From Planctomycetaceae bacterium (GTDB taxonomy: Bacteria; Planctomycetota; Planctomycetia; Planctomycetales; Planctomycetaceae): 64,000 bases of DNA. The DNA is taken from positions 73,787-137,786 of the forward strand of contig JAWKTT010000008.1 of NCBI GenBank assembly GCA_041398965.1, read 5' to 3'. The stretch's first letter is position 1. Every line of letters begins with the position of its first letter. Both the position numbers and the translations under genes were made by a program. A model generated the notes under the pieces. That model saw nothing but the letters and a program-made list of their open reading frames with translations. It searched no databases and was not told the DNA's origin. Shown here piece after piece: positions 1 to 11,001 of this stretch.

Positions 1-269
1 GGCGGCCCACCACACGTTGGCCCGGCCGGTAAGGTGGTCGGGGCCCCAGCGCGGGAGCTTGGAACACCTGCTTTTTCAGATTTTGTCAGAGGATCATCAA
101 TCCTGCGATCTTTGGGGATGGGCCATTGGTGGCTGGTTGAGACAGGGGGCTGACGTCCCTTGCTCGCTGGGGGGAGAAATGGGGGGTGGGCTGGCATTGT
201 GGGGCGGGGTGTCTAAACTCTGCTGTTTGCGGCAGGGCGATTCCTTCGGACACCAGAACCACAGCTTCC

Positions 270-1697
270 ATGGCCAAAGATTTCTTAGAAGGCGTTCGCG
301 AACGCTACGATGTTGTTGTGATTGGCTCCGGCCTGGCTGGGCTGACGGGGGCCAATGTGCTCGCAAAACAGGGCTATTCGGTCCTGTTGCTGGAGCATCA
401 TTACCAACTCGGCGGAATGGCGACGTGGTTCAAGCGTCGTGGGGGACACATCTTTGACATCTCCCTGCACGGCTTTCCGGTCGGGATGATCAAGAGTTGT
501 CGGAAGTATTGGACGCCAGAAATCGCCGAGTCGATTGTCCAACTCAAGGGGGTGCGGTTCGAGAATCCGCAGTTCTCGCTGCAAACGACGTTTGATCGGC
601 AGGACTTCACCCGGATTCTGACCGACAAGTTTGACGTTCCATTCGAGACGGTGGATCGTTTCTTCTCGTCGGCCCGGGAGATGAACTTCTTTGATGCCCA
701 GCAGAAGACAACCGGCGAGTTCTTCGAGGAGTTTTTCCCCGGTCGGAGCGATGTCGTCCGGCTGTTGATGGAGCCAATCACTTATGCGAACGGATCGACG
801 CTGGAAGACCCAGCCATCACGTACGGGATCGTGTTCAGCAACTTCATGAGCAAGGGAGTCTTCACCTTTCAGGGGGGGACCGATGCCCTTGTCACCAAGA
901 TGCGGGCGGAACTCGAGAAAAACGGGGTCGATATTCGGATTCGTTCGCTGGTCGAGAAGGTTGAAGTGTCGGCTGATCGACAGGTGCAGGGGGTCTGGGT
1001 GAATGGGAAGTTCATTCAGGCGGGAGCGATCCTGTCGAACTCGAACATTAAGAGCACGATCCTGAAGCTGGTGGGCCGGGAGCATTTTGACAAGGAGTAT
1101 CTGGAAGAGGCGGAAGGGGTGCGGTTGAACAACTCGAGCTGTCAGGTGTACATCGGCCTGAAGCCTGGCGAGGGGTTCGACAATCATGGGGACCTGCTGT
1201 TTCACTCGGAGCACAAGGGGTTTGACATCAACGCCATGCTCTCGATGGATGTGAGCAGCAGGACGTTTTCGTTCTACTATCCCGAGACGCGTCCCGGGTC
1301 GGACCGCTGGCTGGTGGTGTCATCGACCAACGCGAACTTTGCCGACTGGGCGAAGTTGTCGAAGGAAGAGTACGAGCGGGAGAAAGCATCACTCTGTCAG
1401 TCGACCCTTGACTGTTTGGAGCGGTATGTCCCCGACATTCGGCAGAAACTCGATTGGGTCGAAGCCTCGACGCCGTTGACCTTCAAGCATTACACAAGGC
1501 ACGTGCAGGGGGCGAGCTTCGGGACCAAGTTCGAGGGGCTGAAGGTCTCCCAAACGCTCCCGGAACAGATCGGTGGGCTGTTCCATGCCGGAAGCGTGGG
1601 GATCATCATGTCCGGCTGGCTGGGGGCAGTCAACTACGGTGTGATCACGGCGAATGAAGTCGACAAGTACCTGACGCCGTCGGCAGCGACGATTTGA
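270..1697 (+). CDS. NAD(P)/FAD-dependent oxidoreductase, phytoene desaturase (CrtI)-like family
   Basis: Rossmann dinucleotide motif [17 protein letters not shown] near the N-terminus. About 475 aa with CrtI/retinol-saturase-like architecture. ATG at 270 (MAKDFLEG) chosen over the longer ORF-track start at 186. Confidence 0.8.
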   Translation: MAKDFLEGVRERYDVVVIGSGLAGLTGANVLAKQGYSVLLLEHHYQLGGMATWFKRRGGHIFDISLHGFPVGMIKSCRKYWTPEIAESIVQLKGVRFENPQFSLQTTFDRQDFTRILTDKFDVPFETVDRFFSSAREMNFFDAQQKTTGEFFEEFFPGRSDVVRLLMEPITYANGSTLEDPAITYGIVFSNFMSKGVFTFQGGTDALVTKMRAELEKNGVDIRIRSLVEKVEVSADRQVQGVWVNGKFIQAGAILSNSNIKSTILKLVGREHFDKEYLEEAEGVRLNNSSCQVYIGLKPGEGFDNHGDLLFHSEHKGFDINAMLSMDVSSRTFSFYYPETRPGSDRWLVVSSTNANFADWAKLSKEEYEREKASLCQSTLDCLERYVPDIRQKLDWVEASTPLTFKHYTRHVQGASFGTKFEGLKVSQTLPEQIGGLFHAGSVGIIMSGWLGAVNYGVITANEVDKYLTPSAATI

Positions 1698-1926
1698 CGG
1701 AGGGATTTCTGTTGATTTTCTTGGCCACGGATTTGACGGATTGATACGGATTAAGGGGCGGATTGTTGTAAGGGGGCCATTGGAGTTTGATAGCGACGGG
1801 GGCCAAAGTCGCAGGCGTTGGGCTTTGAGTTGGTTCGACTCATCCGTTCTTGGTCCGTCTGTCATCCGTCAAATCCGTGGCTAATTGATTCACAAGTATG
1901 CGTCCTAACACACAGGAGAACAACGG

Positions 1927-2409
1927 ATGACACCGCAGCGAGCGATGCGATTGGGGATTGAGATGGCGGACCTTATCGCCAGTGGGTATCTGGGGGATTT
2001 GTCTGATGCGGACATGCTGCATCGACCTTGTGAGGGGGCAAATCATATCAAGTGGCAGTTGGGTCACTTGATTGTTTCGGAGCACAAGATGATTGAAGGG
2101 GTCTCGCCGGGATCGATGCCTCCGTTGCCTGAGGGGTTTGCTGAGCGGTATACGAAGGAGACATCAACGATTGATGATCCGGCAGCGTTTGATAGCAAGG
2201 AGACACTGTTGGCGACTGCGGCTGAGCAACGGGCGGCGACTTTAGCGGCTCTCGACAAGACGTCGGCTGACGATTTCGACAAGGAAACGGGGGTGGATTA
2301 CGCTCCAACCGTCGGTTCGATGTACTCAATGCAAGGCTCACATCTGCTAATGCATGCGGGGCAATGGGCAATTATTCGTCGTCAATTGGGTCGCCCGCCG
2401 TTGTTCTAG
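1927..2409 (+). CDS. DinB/YfiT-like (DinB_2 superfamily) metal-dependent hydrolase-like protein
   Basis: 160 aa with the HIxWQLGHL motif and four-helix-bundle size typical of DinB_2 proteins. Confidence 0.55.
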   Translation: MTPQRAMRLGIEMADLIASGYLGDLSDADMLHRPCEGANHIKWQLGHLIVSEHKMIEGVSPGSMPPLPEGFAERYTKETSTIDDPAAFDSKETLLATAAEQRAATLAALDKTSADDFDKETGVDYAPTVGSMYSMQGSHLLMHAGQWAIIRRQLGRPPLF

Positions 2410-2583
2410 ACAGGGCAGGGGAGTGACCATTTCCCGTTGAGGAACTCGAGGGCGGGGGGGATCAGTTGCATCCGGGGCGGGGAATGGTATGTTACCAGTC
2501 TGTTGAAGTTCTGTTCAGAATAGTTGTTGCTGATCCGAGCGGTTTGCCGTCGGTATCGGCTGTTAAATCAGGAGAGCATTAGA

Positions 2584-2853
2584 ATGTCGATTACGAAAGA
2601 TCGCAAAGACGAGTTGATTCAGGAGTTCCGTCAATCCGATTCGGATACCGGTTCTTCGGACGTGCAAATTGCCGTGTTGACGGAGCGAATTAACGCTCTG
2701 ACAGGGCATTTGCGGGGTCATAACAAGGATCACTCGAGTCGACGCGGGCTGTTGATGATGGTGAGTCGTCGTCGTCGGCTGCTGGATTATGTGCGATCGA
2801 AGGATCCGGCTCGATACGTCGAGTTGATTACCCGTCTGGGCATTCGTAAGTAG
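2584..2853 (+). CDS. rpsO: 30S ribosomal protein S15
   Basis: [15 protein letters not shown]...[30 protein letters not shown] is a canonical S15 sequence. Start re-picked at ATG 2584 inside ORF 2524..2853. Confidence 0.95.
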   Translation: MSITKDRKDELIQEFRQSDSDTGSSDVQIAVLTERINALTGHLRGHNKDHSSRRGLLMMVSRRRRLLDYVRSKDPARYVELITRLGIRK

Positions 2854-3448
2854 TGTTCGATCTTTTCGTGTGATGTTTTGGCTTGGCAAAGCCGGTCTGT
2901 GGGCAAGAGATTGCGTGGTCACAGGCTGGCGAGTCGGGTTTTGAGGCGGGGTGACGTCCTTGGATTGCCCTGTTTTTTCCGGCTTGCGTGGTAGAGAAGC
3001 AGTCGTTGTCGTTTTGAAGAGTTTTTGGTGCTCGGGTGAATGATTGCCCGAGCGATTTGTGTTTGGGTGAGGCATTGAGGCGTTTGGGGCAACAGGTGGG
3101 CGAGGCAGTAGCTCGCGGCAGGTTGGCCGATTCTTGATGCGACGGTGGATCGGTTTTTAGACTTGCCGATCTGGTACTGGTGGCTTGGTCTCTGGCCGCA
3201 CGGCTCATGTGATGAGCATTAGCGGGGAGACGGGCAAGGATTTCGCGGGAGAAATCACACGGAGGAGGCACGAAGGGGTCCGAGACTCCGCGCCGCTGAC
3301 GCACCCATTTCTGGGGTGCCTATTCGTCGAATCGCTATGGCTCGGGCGACTTCGTGCATTCTCCGCTGTGTGTCTTACTTGCGAATTCTTGCGGCCCGCC
3401 CACCTTCAAAGTCGGTTATGTCGTGAAGACAGAAGTGGTAGGGAAATA

Positions 3449-5647
3449 GTGAAAGTTCGTGTTGAACGTGAAATTGGTGGCAGAACATTTTCTTTGACGA
3501 CTGGTCAGATTGCCAAACAGGCAAGTGGCTGCGTCATCATTCAGTATGGCGAGACGTCGGCTTTGGTCGCGGCTCAGACTGGACCGGGTCGTCCGGGGCT
3601 CGATTTCTTCCCGTTGACGGTCGATTACCGGGAACGATACGCCGCAGCAGGGAAGTTCCCCGGCGGATTCTTGAAGCGGGAAGGGCGTCCGACGACCCGC
3701 GAAATTCTGACGGCTCGATTGACGGATCGTCCGATTCGTCCGCTGTTCCCGAAGGGGTTCCGCGATGAAGTGCAGATTCAGATCAATGTCATGTCGTGCG
3801 ACAAGATCAACGATCCCGATGTGCTGTCCATTACTGGTGCCAGTGCCGCGTTGAGTGTGGCCCCGCTGCCGTTTCAGGGGCCCATCGCCGCTGTACGGGT
3901 CGGTTTGATTGATGGCGAATTCATCCTGATGCCGACCTACGAGCAGACGAAGGAAAGTTCCTTGGACCTCGTGGTTGCTGGAAGCGATCACTCGATCCTG
4001 ATGATCGAAGGTTTTGGCGATCAGATTCCAGAAGAGCAAATGGGTGATGCCCTGATGTTCGGCCACAAGGCGATTCGGGATCTGTGCGATTTGCAGCGGG
4101 AACTGGTGAAGGCGGTCGGAACAGCCCCGTTCGAGTACGTCCCCGCCCCCGAAAACCCCTTCTTGTCGGTCATTAAGAGTGAGTGCTACGACAAGATCAA
4201 GGAAGCTCGTCAGAACCCCAAGAAATCGGAGCGTTCTGCGGGCTGCCGTGCGGTGCGTGATGCTGCCGTCGCCAAGCATTTCCCGGATGGGAAGGAAGTT
4301 CGAGAAGATGGTCGCACCTTGGCCGAGTTCAAGGAAGCGTTTCATGACATCGACAATCAGGTGTGTCGCGACTTGACTCTGGCGGGGAATCGTCTGGACG
4401 GTCGCAGCCTGACGACGTTGCGAAACGTCGAGTGCGAAGTTGGTCTCATCCCACAGATTCACGGTTCGGCTCTGTTTACACGGGGCGAAACGCAGTCGCT
4501 GGCCAGTGTGGTGCTAGGGACCGCCCGAGATAAGCAGCGTCAGGAAGGTCTCTTTGAAGAGACAGCCAAGGCGTTCATGCTCGATTACAACTTCCCGAGC
4601 TACTCGGTCGGAGAAGTGCGTCCGATTCGTGGTCCAGGACGTCGGGAGATTGGTCACGGAGCTTTGGCCGAGCGATCTGTGGAGCCGATGTTGCCGACGC
4701 CGGAAAAGTTCCCCTACACGATCCGGGTGATTTCGGACATCACCGAGTCGAACGGTTCGAGTTCGATGGCAAGCGTCTGTTCAGCGACGTTGTCACTGAT
4801 GGATGCCGGTGTCCCGTTGCGTCAGCCGGTCGCAGGGATTTCGATTGGTCTGGTCAAAGAAGGGGACAAGTACGTCCTGTTGACCGACATCATTGGTGAT
4901 GAAGACCACTTCGGCGACATGGACTTCAAAGTCGCGGGAACCCCGAAGGGGATCACCGGGATTCAGTTGGACCTGAAGAACGACGGGATCAGTGAAGAGA
5001 TCATGCGGGCGACGTTGGCACAGGCGGCGACCGCTCGGGTCGAACTGCTGAAGACGATGTTGACCGCAATCCGGCGACCTCGTGCGGAAGTCTCGCAATA
5101 CGCTCCACGTATCGCGTCGACGAAGATCAACCCGGAGAAGATTGGCTTGCTGATCGGTCCGGGCGGGAAGAACATCCGGGCGATTCAGGAAGAGACGCAG
5201 ACCGTCATCGACATCGAAGAAGACGGGACCGTGACGATTGCCGCTCCGTCGCAGGAGTCGTGCAATGCCGCCTTGGCTCGCGTGGAAGCGATGACGGAAG
5301 AAGTTCGCGTCGGGCGGGTGTACTCGGGGAAAGTCGCTTCGATCAAGGACTTCGGTGCCTTCATTGAAATCGCTCCGGGGAAAGATGGCCTGCTGCACAT
5401 CAGCGAATTGTCGAATGGCTTCGTGAAGTCTGTCGGCGACATTCTGTCCGTCGGCGACGTGATCGACGTCAAGGTGATTGCAGTCGATGAGCAGAATCGG
5501 GTCAAACTCTCTCGTAAGGTGCTAATGGAAGGTGGTGAAGAGGGTGAGGGGGGCGGCGAAGGTGCCGCAGAACCCGAAGCCCGTGAGCCTCGCGGCGACC
5601 GTGGCGGCGACAAAGGTGGCGATCGTGGTGGTCGTTCACGACGCTAA
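3449..5647 (+). CDS. pnp: polynucleotide phosphorylase (PNPase)
   Basis: 820-aa ORF with two RNase PH domains, a KH domain (IGLLIGPGGKNIRAIQEET) and an S1 domain (GRVYSGKVASIKDFGAFIEI). Lies directly downstream of rpsO, the conserved rpsO-pnp operon. GTG start at 3449 (VKVRVEREIGG aligns to the E. coli N-terminus) is a guess. The C-terminus carries a Gly/Arg/Glu-rich tail. Confidence 0.93.
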   Translation: MKVRVEREIGGRTFSLTTGQIAKQASGCVIIQYGETSALVAAQTGPGRPGLDFFPLTVDYRERYAAAGKFPGGFLKREGRPTTREILTARLTDRPIRPLFPKGFRDEVQIQINVMSCDKINDPDVLSITGASAALSVAPLPFQGPIAAVRVGLIDGEFILMPTYEQTKESSLDLVVAGSDHSILMIEGFGDQIPEEQMGDALMFGHKAIRDLCDLQRELVKAVGTAPFEYVPAPENPFLSVIKSECYDKIKEARQNPKKSERSAGCRAVRDAAVAKHFPDGKEVREDGRTLAEFKEAFHDIDNQVCRDLTLAGNRLDGRSLTTLRNVECEVGLIPQIHGSALFTRGETQSLASVVLGTARDKQRQEGLFEETAKAFMLDYNFPSYSVGEVRPIRGPGRREIGHGALAERSVEPMLPTPEKFPYTIRVISDITESNGSSSMASVCSATLSLMDAGVPLRQPVAGISIGLVKEGDKYVLLTDIIGDEDHFGDMDFKVAGTPKGITGIQLDLKNDGISEEIMRATLAQAATARVELLKTMLTAIRRPRAEVSQYAPRIASTKINPEKIGLLIGPGGKNIRAIQEETQTVIDIEEDGTVTIAAPSQESCNAALARVEAMTEEVRVGRVYSGKVASIKDFGAFIEIAPGKDGLLHISELSNGFVKSVGDILSVGDVIDVKVIAVDEQNRVKLSRKVLMEGGEEGEGGGEGAAEPEAREPRGDRGGDKGGDRGGRSRR

Positions 5648-6061
5648 TTGACGAGGCGAGTTGACACACTGGGACGGTCCTTTCGACCGGCTCTGTGTCG
5701 TCTTTCTTGAGGGAAGTTCTGCGTGCCGAGGTGGGTGAACCGTCACCCCCTCGGCACGTTTTTTGTTTTTGCGAAGGTTTCCGGGTGAAATCGGCTCGGT
5801 CTCTGAGGCAAAAAATCAGAACGCAAAGCGAGGGGACCCAGAACTGGCTTCGTTGTCTGACGTCTGCCAGAGGGTGACTTGGGCCGGGAAGAGGGGGGAT
5901 TCCCATGAGCGGGTTTTCGCGGCGGTTGCTTGGCGCAGTTTCGGGAGTGCTTATCCTACAAACCGTCGACACGCTTGGTGTCTTGGTCTCTTGGTGATGG
6001 TGTCGTATTTTGTGACGGAAGGGGTTCTCCTTTCGTCATTTGCAGGGAAAGTTGTTCCATA

Positions 6062-7711
6062 ATGTCTGCTCCGTATCGTGTGTTGCTGCGTGATAACCTC
6101 TCCTCTGCGGCAGTCGAACTCCTCAAGGGGAGTCCTGAGATTGAAGTGGTCGATGAGCGCGAGCTCGAATTTGACCCGGCTCAGTTGACAGCGGTCTTGC
6201 AGACAGTCGATGCAGTCATCATTCGCAGTAAATGCAAGATGACGCCGGCGATTCTCGAAGGGCAGACGCGGTTGAAGCTGATTGTGCGGGCGGGGGTCGG
6301 GGTCGACAACATCGATCAACCGGCGGCGACTCGAAATGGGATCATCGTCTCGAACACTCCAGCTGGGAATACGACAAGCACCGCAGAACATGCGATTGCG
6401 ATGATGATGGCTCTCTCCCGTAACATCGGTCCGGCATCGAATGTCATGCGGGAAGGGGGTTGGGACCGGAACAAGTATCAGGGGACGCAGGTTGCGGGGA
6501 AGACGATCGGCGTTGTCGGACTGGGGCGGATTGGCCTGGAAGTGGCCCGTCGGTGTCGCGGACTGGAGATGACGGTGCTGGGGTACGATCCGTTTCTGAC
6601 CGAAGAACGGGCGAAAGAACTGGGAATTGAGCTGTTTCGCGATATCGATGAACTCGTGAAGCGTTGTCAGTACATCACCGTGCATACCCCGCTGACTGAG
6701 CAGACACGCAATTTGCTGAACGCCGAACGCCTGGCGATGATGCCTCGCGGTGGGCGAGTGATTAACTGTGCTCGTGGCGGGATTGTGGATGAAGAGGCGC
6801 TCGCCGATGCGGTGGAGTCGGGCCATGTGGCGGGGGCGGCGTTGGACGTGTTTGTGAAAGAGCCTCCCGCTGCTGATTCGCGATTGCGAAAACTTCCGCA
6901 AATTCTTTGTACACCGCACCTTGGGGCATCGACTGATGAGGCCCAGGAGCAGGTGGCCATCGAAGGAGCCGAGATTGTTCAGGCGTTTCTGGTTCGCAAC
7001 GAGATTCGACATGCGGTCAACATGGCTCCGGTGTCGGCTCGAGAGATGCAGGGGTTGCGTCCGTACTTGGATTTGGGGTACCGACTGGGCCTGCTGTTGG
7101 CTCAGTTGACGCAAGGGAGGGCACAGCAAGGGGTGCGATTGCATTTCCGAGGCGATGCTGCGTCGCAGCCGGTGAAGTTGATCACCAATGCTTTTACAGC
7201 GGGATTGTTGTCCAGGGCGATGGATGACAGTGTGAATCTGATCAATGCCGAATTTCAGGCTCGGGGGCGAGGGATTGAGATTTCTTCCACCAGTTCCAAC
7301 GAGATGGGAGCATTTTCGACATTGGTTACGGCAACCATCGAGACCGATCAGGGGGCTGTCACGGCTGCGGGGACGATGTTTGGCAACGATTTCCTGCGAC
7401 TCGTACGATTGGAAGACTACCAGATGGACGCCTATCTCGATGGGACAATGCTGGTTTATCGACACCGTGATGTTCCCGGTTTGATTGGTGCGATCGGGAC
7501 GGTCTTCGGGAAATATGGGGTCAACATTTCGCATTTGGCGTTGGGGCGTGAACGGAATGAGCCGGGGGGGAACGCGATTGCGGTGCTTAATGTCGACAAT
7601 GACCCATCAGAGGAAGCAATGTGCGAGATTTCGGGGCATCCGAACGTAACCGGTTTGCAGTTGGTACACCTTCCGAAGGCGGGAGCCCCTTTGCCATGGT
7701 TTGGTTTGTAG
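6062..7711 (+). CDS. serA: D-3-phosphoglycerate dehydrogenase
   Basis: 2-hydroxyacid dehydrogenase fold with the NAD motif GKTIGVVGLGRIGLEVARR, catalytic RGG..VDE..L and HLGAST motifs, and a C-terminal ACT domain. Start at ATG 6062 (MSAPYRVLL). Confidence 0.9.
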   Translation: MSAPYRVLLRDNLSSAAVELLKGSPEIEVVDERELEFDPAQLTAVLQTVDAVIIRSKCKMTPAILEGQTRLKLIVRAGVGVDNIDQPAATRNGIIVSNTPAGNTTSTAEHAIAMMMALSRNIGPASNVMREGGWDRNKYQGTQVAGKTIGVVGLGRIGLEVARRCRGLEMTVLGYDPFLTEERAKELGIELFRDIDELVKRCQYITVHTPLTEQTRNLLNAERLAMMPRGGRVINCARGGIVDEEALADAVESGHVAGAALDVFVKEPPAADSRLRKLPQILCTPHLGASTDEAQEQVAIEGAEIVQAFLVRNEIRHAVNMAPVSAREMQGLRPYLDLGYRLGLLLAQLTQGRAQQGVRLHFRGDAASQPVKLITNAFTAGLLSRAMDDSVNLINAEFQARGRGIEISSTSSNEMGAFSTLVTATIETDQGAVTAAGTMFGNDFLRLVRLEDYQMDAYLDGTMLVYRHRDVPGLIGAIGTVFGKYGVNISHLALGRERNEPGGNAIAVLNVDNDPSEEAMCEISGHPNVTGLQLVHLPKAGAPLPWFGL

Positions 7712-7924
7712 TCGCCCGTTGGGATGGTGATGTTGGACTTTGACACAAGGGGGTGTCTGAGGGGTTGCAGACAGGGGGGGCTGCACTCTATAGTTCGCGA
7801 CTTGATGTCGATCGGGTTGTTTGAATCCGAAAAAGTCAGGAAAACGTGGTTGTCAAGTCATCGCGAACCTTGATTGCCCAGCGGCTGTCGCTACCATCAG
7901 CGGCTTCCACAAGCCGGTGGGACT

Positions 7925-7996
7925 GCTAGCGTAGCTCAACGGTAGAGCTCCGGTTTTGTAAACCGGGGGTTGTGGGTTCAAATCCCTCCGCTAGCT
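7925..7996 (+). tRNA. tRNA-Thr (anticodon TGT)
   Basis: Cloverleaf read by eye: acceptor GCTAGCG/CGCTAGC; D arm GCTCAACGGTAGAGC; anticodon stem CCGGT/ACCGG with loop TTTGTAA; T loop GGTTCAAATCC. One possible U-U mismatch in the T stem. Confidence 0.75.
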
Positions 7997-8116
7997 TTTG
8001 TTTGAAACTGCGAAGTTTTGCGGCGAAGAAGGTGTTGGAAGTTGTGGTTTCGGTTTGTGGATCGGAATTGCACGTCAGGGTTGCGAAGGGGTGGTTTTTG
8101 CGGAAGAGTGATTGAC

Positions 8117-8198
8117 GGGGGTGTACCCGAGTGGCCAAAGGGGCCAGACTGTAAATCTGGTGGCACAGCCTTCGGAGGTTCGAATCCTCCCACCCCCA
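8117..8198 (+). tRNA. tRNA-Tyr (anticodon GTA)
   Basis: Acceptor GGGGGTG/CACCCCC; anticodon stem CCAGA/TCTGG with loop CTGTAAA; long variable arm; T arm GGAGGTTCGAATCCTCC. Confidence 0.85.
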
Positions 8199-8276
8199 CT
8201 CCCTCGGGTAGACCTTGGTCTGGCTGAGGGGAAAGAGTTGTTTGAGTTGAGTGTTGCGTGAAAACTTGGGGCGTCT

Positions 8277-8347
<71 letters not shown>

Positions 8348-8470
8348 CTTGGTGAGTGGAAAGGTTGTGTTGAGGTTTTGTTGGAGTGAGTTGAGTTTGG
8401 GTTGGCTTGCCGCTGGTGATTCCGATTTGTTGGCGTGGAGTTCGCGAGTGTTGCGGGTCGGTCCGGTTGT

Positions 8471-8543
<73 letters not shown>

Positions 8544-8686
8544 TACCGGCTTGTCCGGTGTGAGTGTGTCGGTGGGGTGTTCCTTCGACTCCCTCACCGG
8601 GGTTGAGTGTTTCTAGTTCCCTAGTATGGCCCATTTCGGGTCGTCGCATTCCTCACCGTGTACACCGGGAGGTTGGAGTAAAAGTC

Positions 8687-9883
8687 ATGGCGAAGGAAGT
8701 CTTTCAGAGAACAAAACCACACGTAAACGTTGGAACCATTGGGCACATCGACCATGGCAAGACGACTTTGACGGCGGCCTTGTTGGCAGTGCAGACCGGT
8801 AAGGGTCTGGCGAAGTTCAAGAGTTATGCCGATATCGCCAAGGGTGGTACGGTTCGTGATGCCACCAAGACGGTGACCATTGCTGTGTCGCACGTCGAGT
8901 ACGAGTCGGAAACTCGTCACTATGCACACATCGACTGCCCTGGTCACGCGGATTATATTAAGAACATGATCACCGGTGCTGCTCAGATGGACGGCGCCAT
9001 TCTCGTGGTCTCGGCTGCAGACGGGCCGATGCCGCAGACTCGTGAGCACATTCTTCTTGCTCGCCAGGTGAACGTTCCTGCTCTGGTTGTGTTTCTGAAT
9101 AAGTGCGACCTTGTCGACGATGCTGAGTTGCTCGAGTTGGTCGAAATGGAAGTTCGCGAACTGTTGTCGAAGTATGACTTCCCTGGCGATGACATCGTCG
9201 TGGTGAAGGGGTCGGCGAAGCCGGCTCTCGACAGCCCGACTGATCCGGTCGCCAACGCCTGTATCGGCGAGTTGATGGATGCCCTGGATGCCAATATTCC
9301 AGAGCCGGCCCGTGAAGCCGACAAGCCGTTCCTGATGGCTATCGAAGACGTCTTCTCGATTGCTGGTCGTGGAACGGTGGTGACCGGTCGTATTGAAAAG
9401 GGTGTCATTAAGGTTGGTGAAAAGGTTCAGATCATCGGCTTGGCTGACACTCAAGAGACAACCTGTACTGGCGTTGAAATGTTCCAGAAGACCATGAATG
9501 AAGGGATGGCTGGCGATAACGTCGGGATTCTTCTTCGTGGTACCGGTAAGGATGACGTGCAGCGTGGTCAGGTCTTGGCGAAGCCAGGGTCGATCAAGCC
9601 GCACACGAAGTTTGAAGCTGAAGTTTACGTCTTGAGCAAGGAGGAAGGTGGTCGTAAGACCCCATTCTTCAGCGGATATCGTCCTCAGTTCTACTTCCGG
9701 ACCACTGACGTGACCGGTGCGGTGACGTTGCTGGGTGGAGCAGAAATGTGTATGCCAGGCGACAACGTCAAGTTGGAAGTGGAGATGGGTAAGCCCGTCG
9801 CTATGGAAGATGGCGTTCGCTTCGCTATTCGTGAAGGCGGCCGGACCGTTGGTTCGGGGATTGTTACCAAGATCATTGCCTAG
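8687..9883 (+). CDS. tuf: translation elongation factor Tu
   Basis: [32 protein letters not shown] with G1-G4 GTPase motifs ([12 protein letters not shown]). Shine-Dalgarno-like GGAGGTTGGAG lies upstream of ATG 8687. Confidence 0.97.
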   Translation: MAKEVFQRTKPHVNVGTIGHIDHGKTTLTAALLAVQTGKGLAKFKSYADIAKGGTVRDATKTVTIAVSHVEYESETRHYAHIDCPGHADYIKNMITGAAQMDGAILVVSAADGPMPQTREHILLARQVNVPALVVFLNKCDLVDDAELLELVEMEVRELLSKYDFPGDDIVVVKGSAKPALDSPTDPVANACIGELMDALDANIPEPAREADKPFLMAIEDVFSIAGRGTVVTGRIEKGVIKVGEKVQIIGLADTQETTCTGVEMFQKTMNEGMAGDNVGILLRGTGKDDVQRGQVLAKPGSIKPHTKFEAEVYVLSKEEGGRKTPFFSGYRPQFYFRTTDVTGAVTLLGGAEMCMPGDNVKLEVEMGKPVAMEDGVRFAIREGGRTVGSGIVTKIIA

Positions 9884-10030
9884 TTTTTGGCGGAACTTGG
9901 TGTGTTAGAGTGTTGTTGAGTGGTTTGTGCAGTGGCGATGTTCGTCGCTGAGTTTCGGATTTGCCTCCGATCTCCGTCCTGTCTTATCGGGGCGGAGATC
10001 GGTTTTGTTCAACAGGTGAGGGTGTCTCTC

Positions 10031-10186
10031 ATGGCCCGCGAGTATGTCTGGCTGGAGTGTACCGAGTGTAGCAGTCGGAATTACCGTACTCCGAAGGAGA
10101 TGCGGGGGACCGAGCGCTTGGAGTTGAAAAAGTACTGTCGTGAGCAGCGGCAGCATACTGTGCACAAAGAGTCGCGCAAGAAATAG
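10031..10186 (+). CDS. rpmG: 50S ribosomal protein L33
   Basis: MAREYVWLECTECSSRNYRTPKEMRGTERLELKKYC shows the L33 Cys-x2-Cys zinc ribbon. Sits in the conserved position after tuf. Confidence 0.9.
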   Translation: MAREYVWLECTECSSRNYRTPKEMRGTERLELKKYCREQRQHTVHKESRKK

Positions 10187-10235
10187 TGGCTCGGTGTTGG
10201 TGTTTTATCTCGGCTGGTTGCTGGGATGGAGGCCT

Positions 10236-10308
<73 letters not shown>

Positions 10309-10446
10309 TTTGTTGGCTGCCCCGTGTGGTGACCTGGAAGGTTTGTGAGATGATCTGTGGCGGTCTCCGTTGGCCTTGGTGTCTGCGGCGAGTAATGGTC
10401 GTCACGCAAGGAAGTCCCGCGAGCGGCAACGATTGACTAGGACAGG

Positions 10447-10887
10447 ATGAACACGATGGCACGAGCCAGTGAACAGCGGACGTTCGCCGGAGAACTTCTC
10501 TCGGCAACGCAATACAAGCGGAATCAAGGTCGCATGACGCGACGACTTACGGGCATTGCCGTGGCGGTCGTGGTGTTACTCGCCTGTTGGCGGTTGCAGG
10601 TCGTCGTCTTGGCAAATCGTCCGGATGTCGTCAAGTATGGTGTCACGTTTGGTTTGGGCCTTGCGGGTTTGTGGTTTGCCTATCGATTGGTGAATTACCC
10701 AAAGTTCGCCGACTTTTTGGTGTCGGTCGAGGCAGAAATGGACAAGGTCTCCTGGGCATCGAAGGAGTACCTGATTCGAGCGACTGGCGTGGTGTTGGGG
10801 ACGATGGGACTGTTGGCAGCGTTTCTGTTGGTTTGTGATCTCGTATGGCGTACGCTGTTCGGGTGGGTTGGTTTTCTGCGGATTTGA
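10447..10887 (+). CDS. secE: preprotein translocase subunit SecE (three-TM form)
   Basis: Three hydrophobic helices and the C-terminal SecE signature VSVEAEMDKVSWASKEYLIRATGVVLGTMGLL. Located immediately upstream of nusG. Confidence 0.85.
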   Translation: MNTMARASEQRTFAGELLSATQYKRNQGRMTRRLTGIAVAVVVLLACWRLQVVVLANRPDVVKYGVTFGLGLAGLWFAYRLVNYPKFADFLVSVEAEMDKVSWASKEYLIRATGVVLGTMGLLAAFLLVCDLVWRTLFGWVGFLRI

Positions 10888-11001
10888 TAGGTTTCAGTGT
10901 GGAGATTCGGGGTGTCTCTTCTCTTCGGTTCACGACGCGAGCCAAAGATTGTTTGAAAACGTCCCGTTAGACGGTTGCAATTCCGCGTCGTACTTCTCAA
11001 G

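Noticed and set aside
285-1214. 309-aa minus-strand ORF
   Set aside because: Antisense to the FAD oxidoreductase gene, which has a clear Rossmann motif on the plus strand.
3416-5398. 348-aa and 201-aa minus-strand ORFs
   Set aside because: Antisense to pnp.
5951-7534. 527-aa minus-strand ORF
   Set aside because: Antisense to serA. serA has unambiguous dehydrogenase and ACT motifs on the plus strand.
7712-7924. TTGACA...TATAGT-like hexamers upstream of the tRNA cluster as a sigma-70 promoter
   Set aside because: The spacing between the candidate -35 and -10 elements is about 45 nt, far from the 17 +/- 2 optimum, so it cannot be supported from sequence alone.
8621-9604. 327-aa minus-strand ORF
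   Set aside because: Antisense to tuf.
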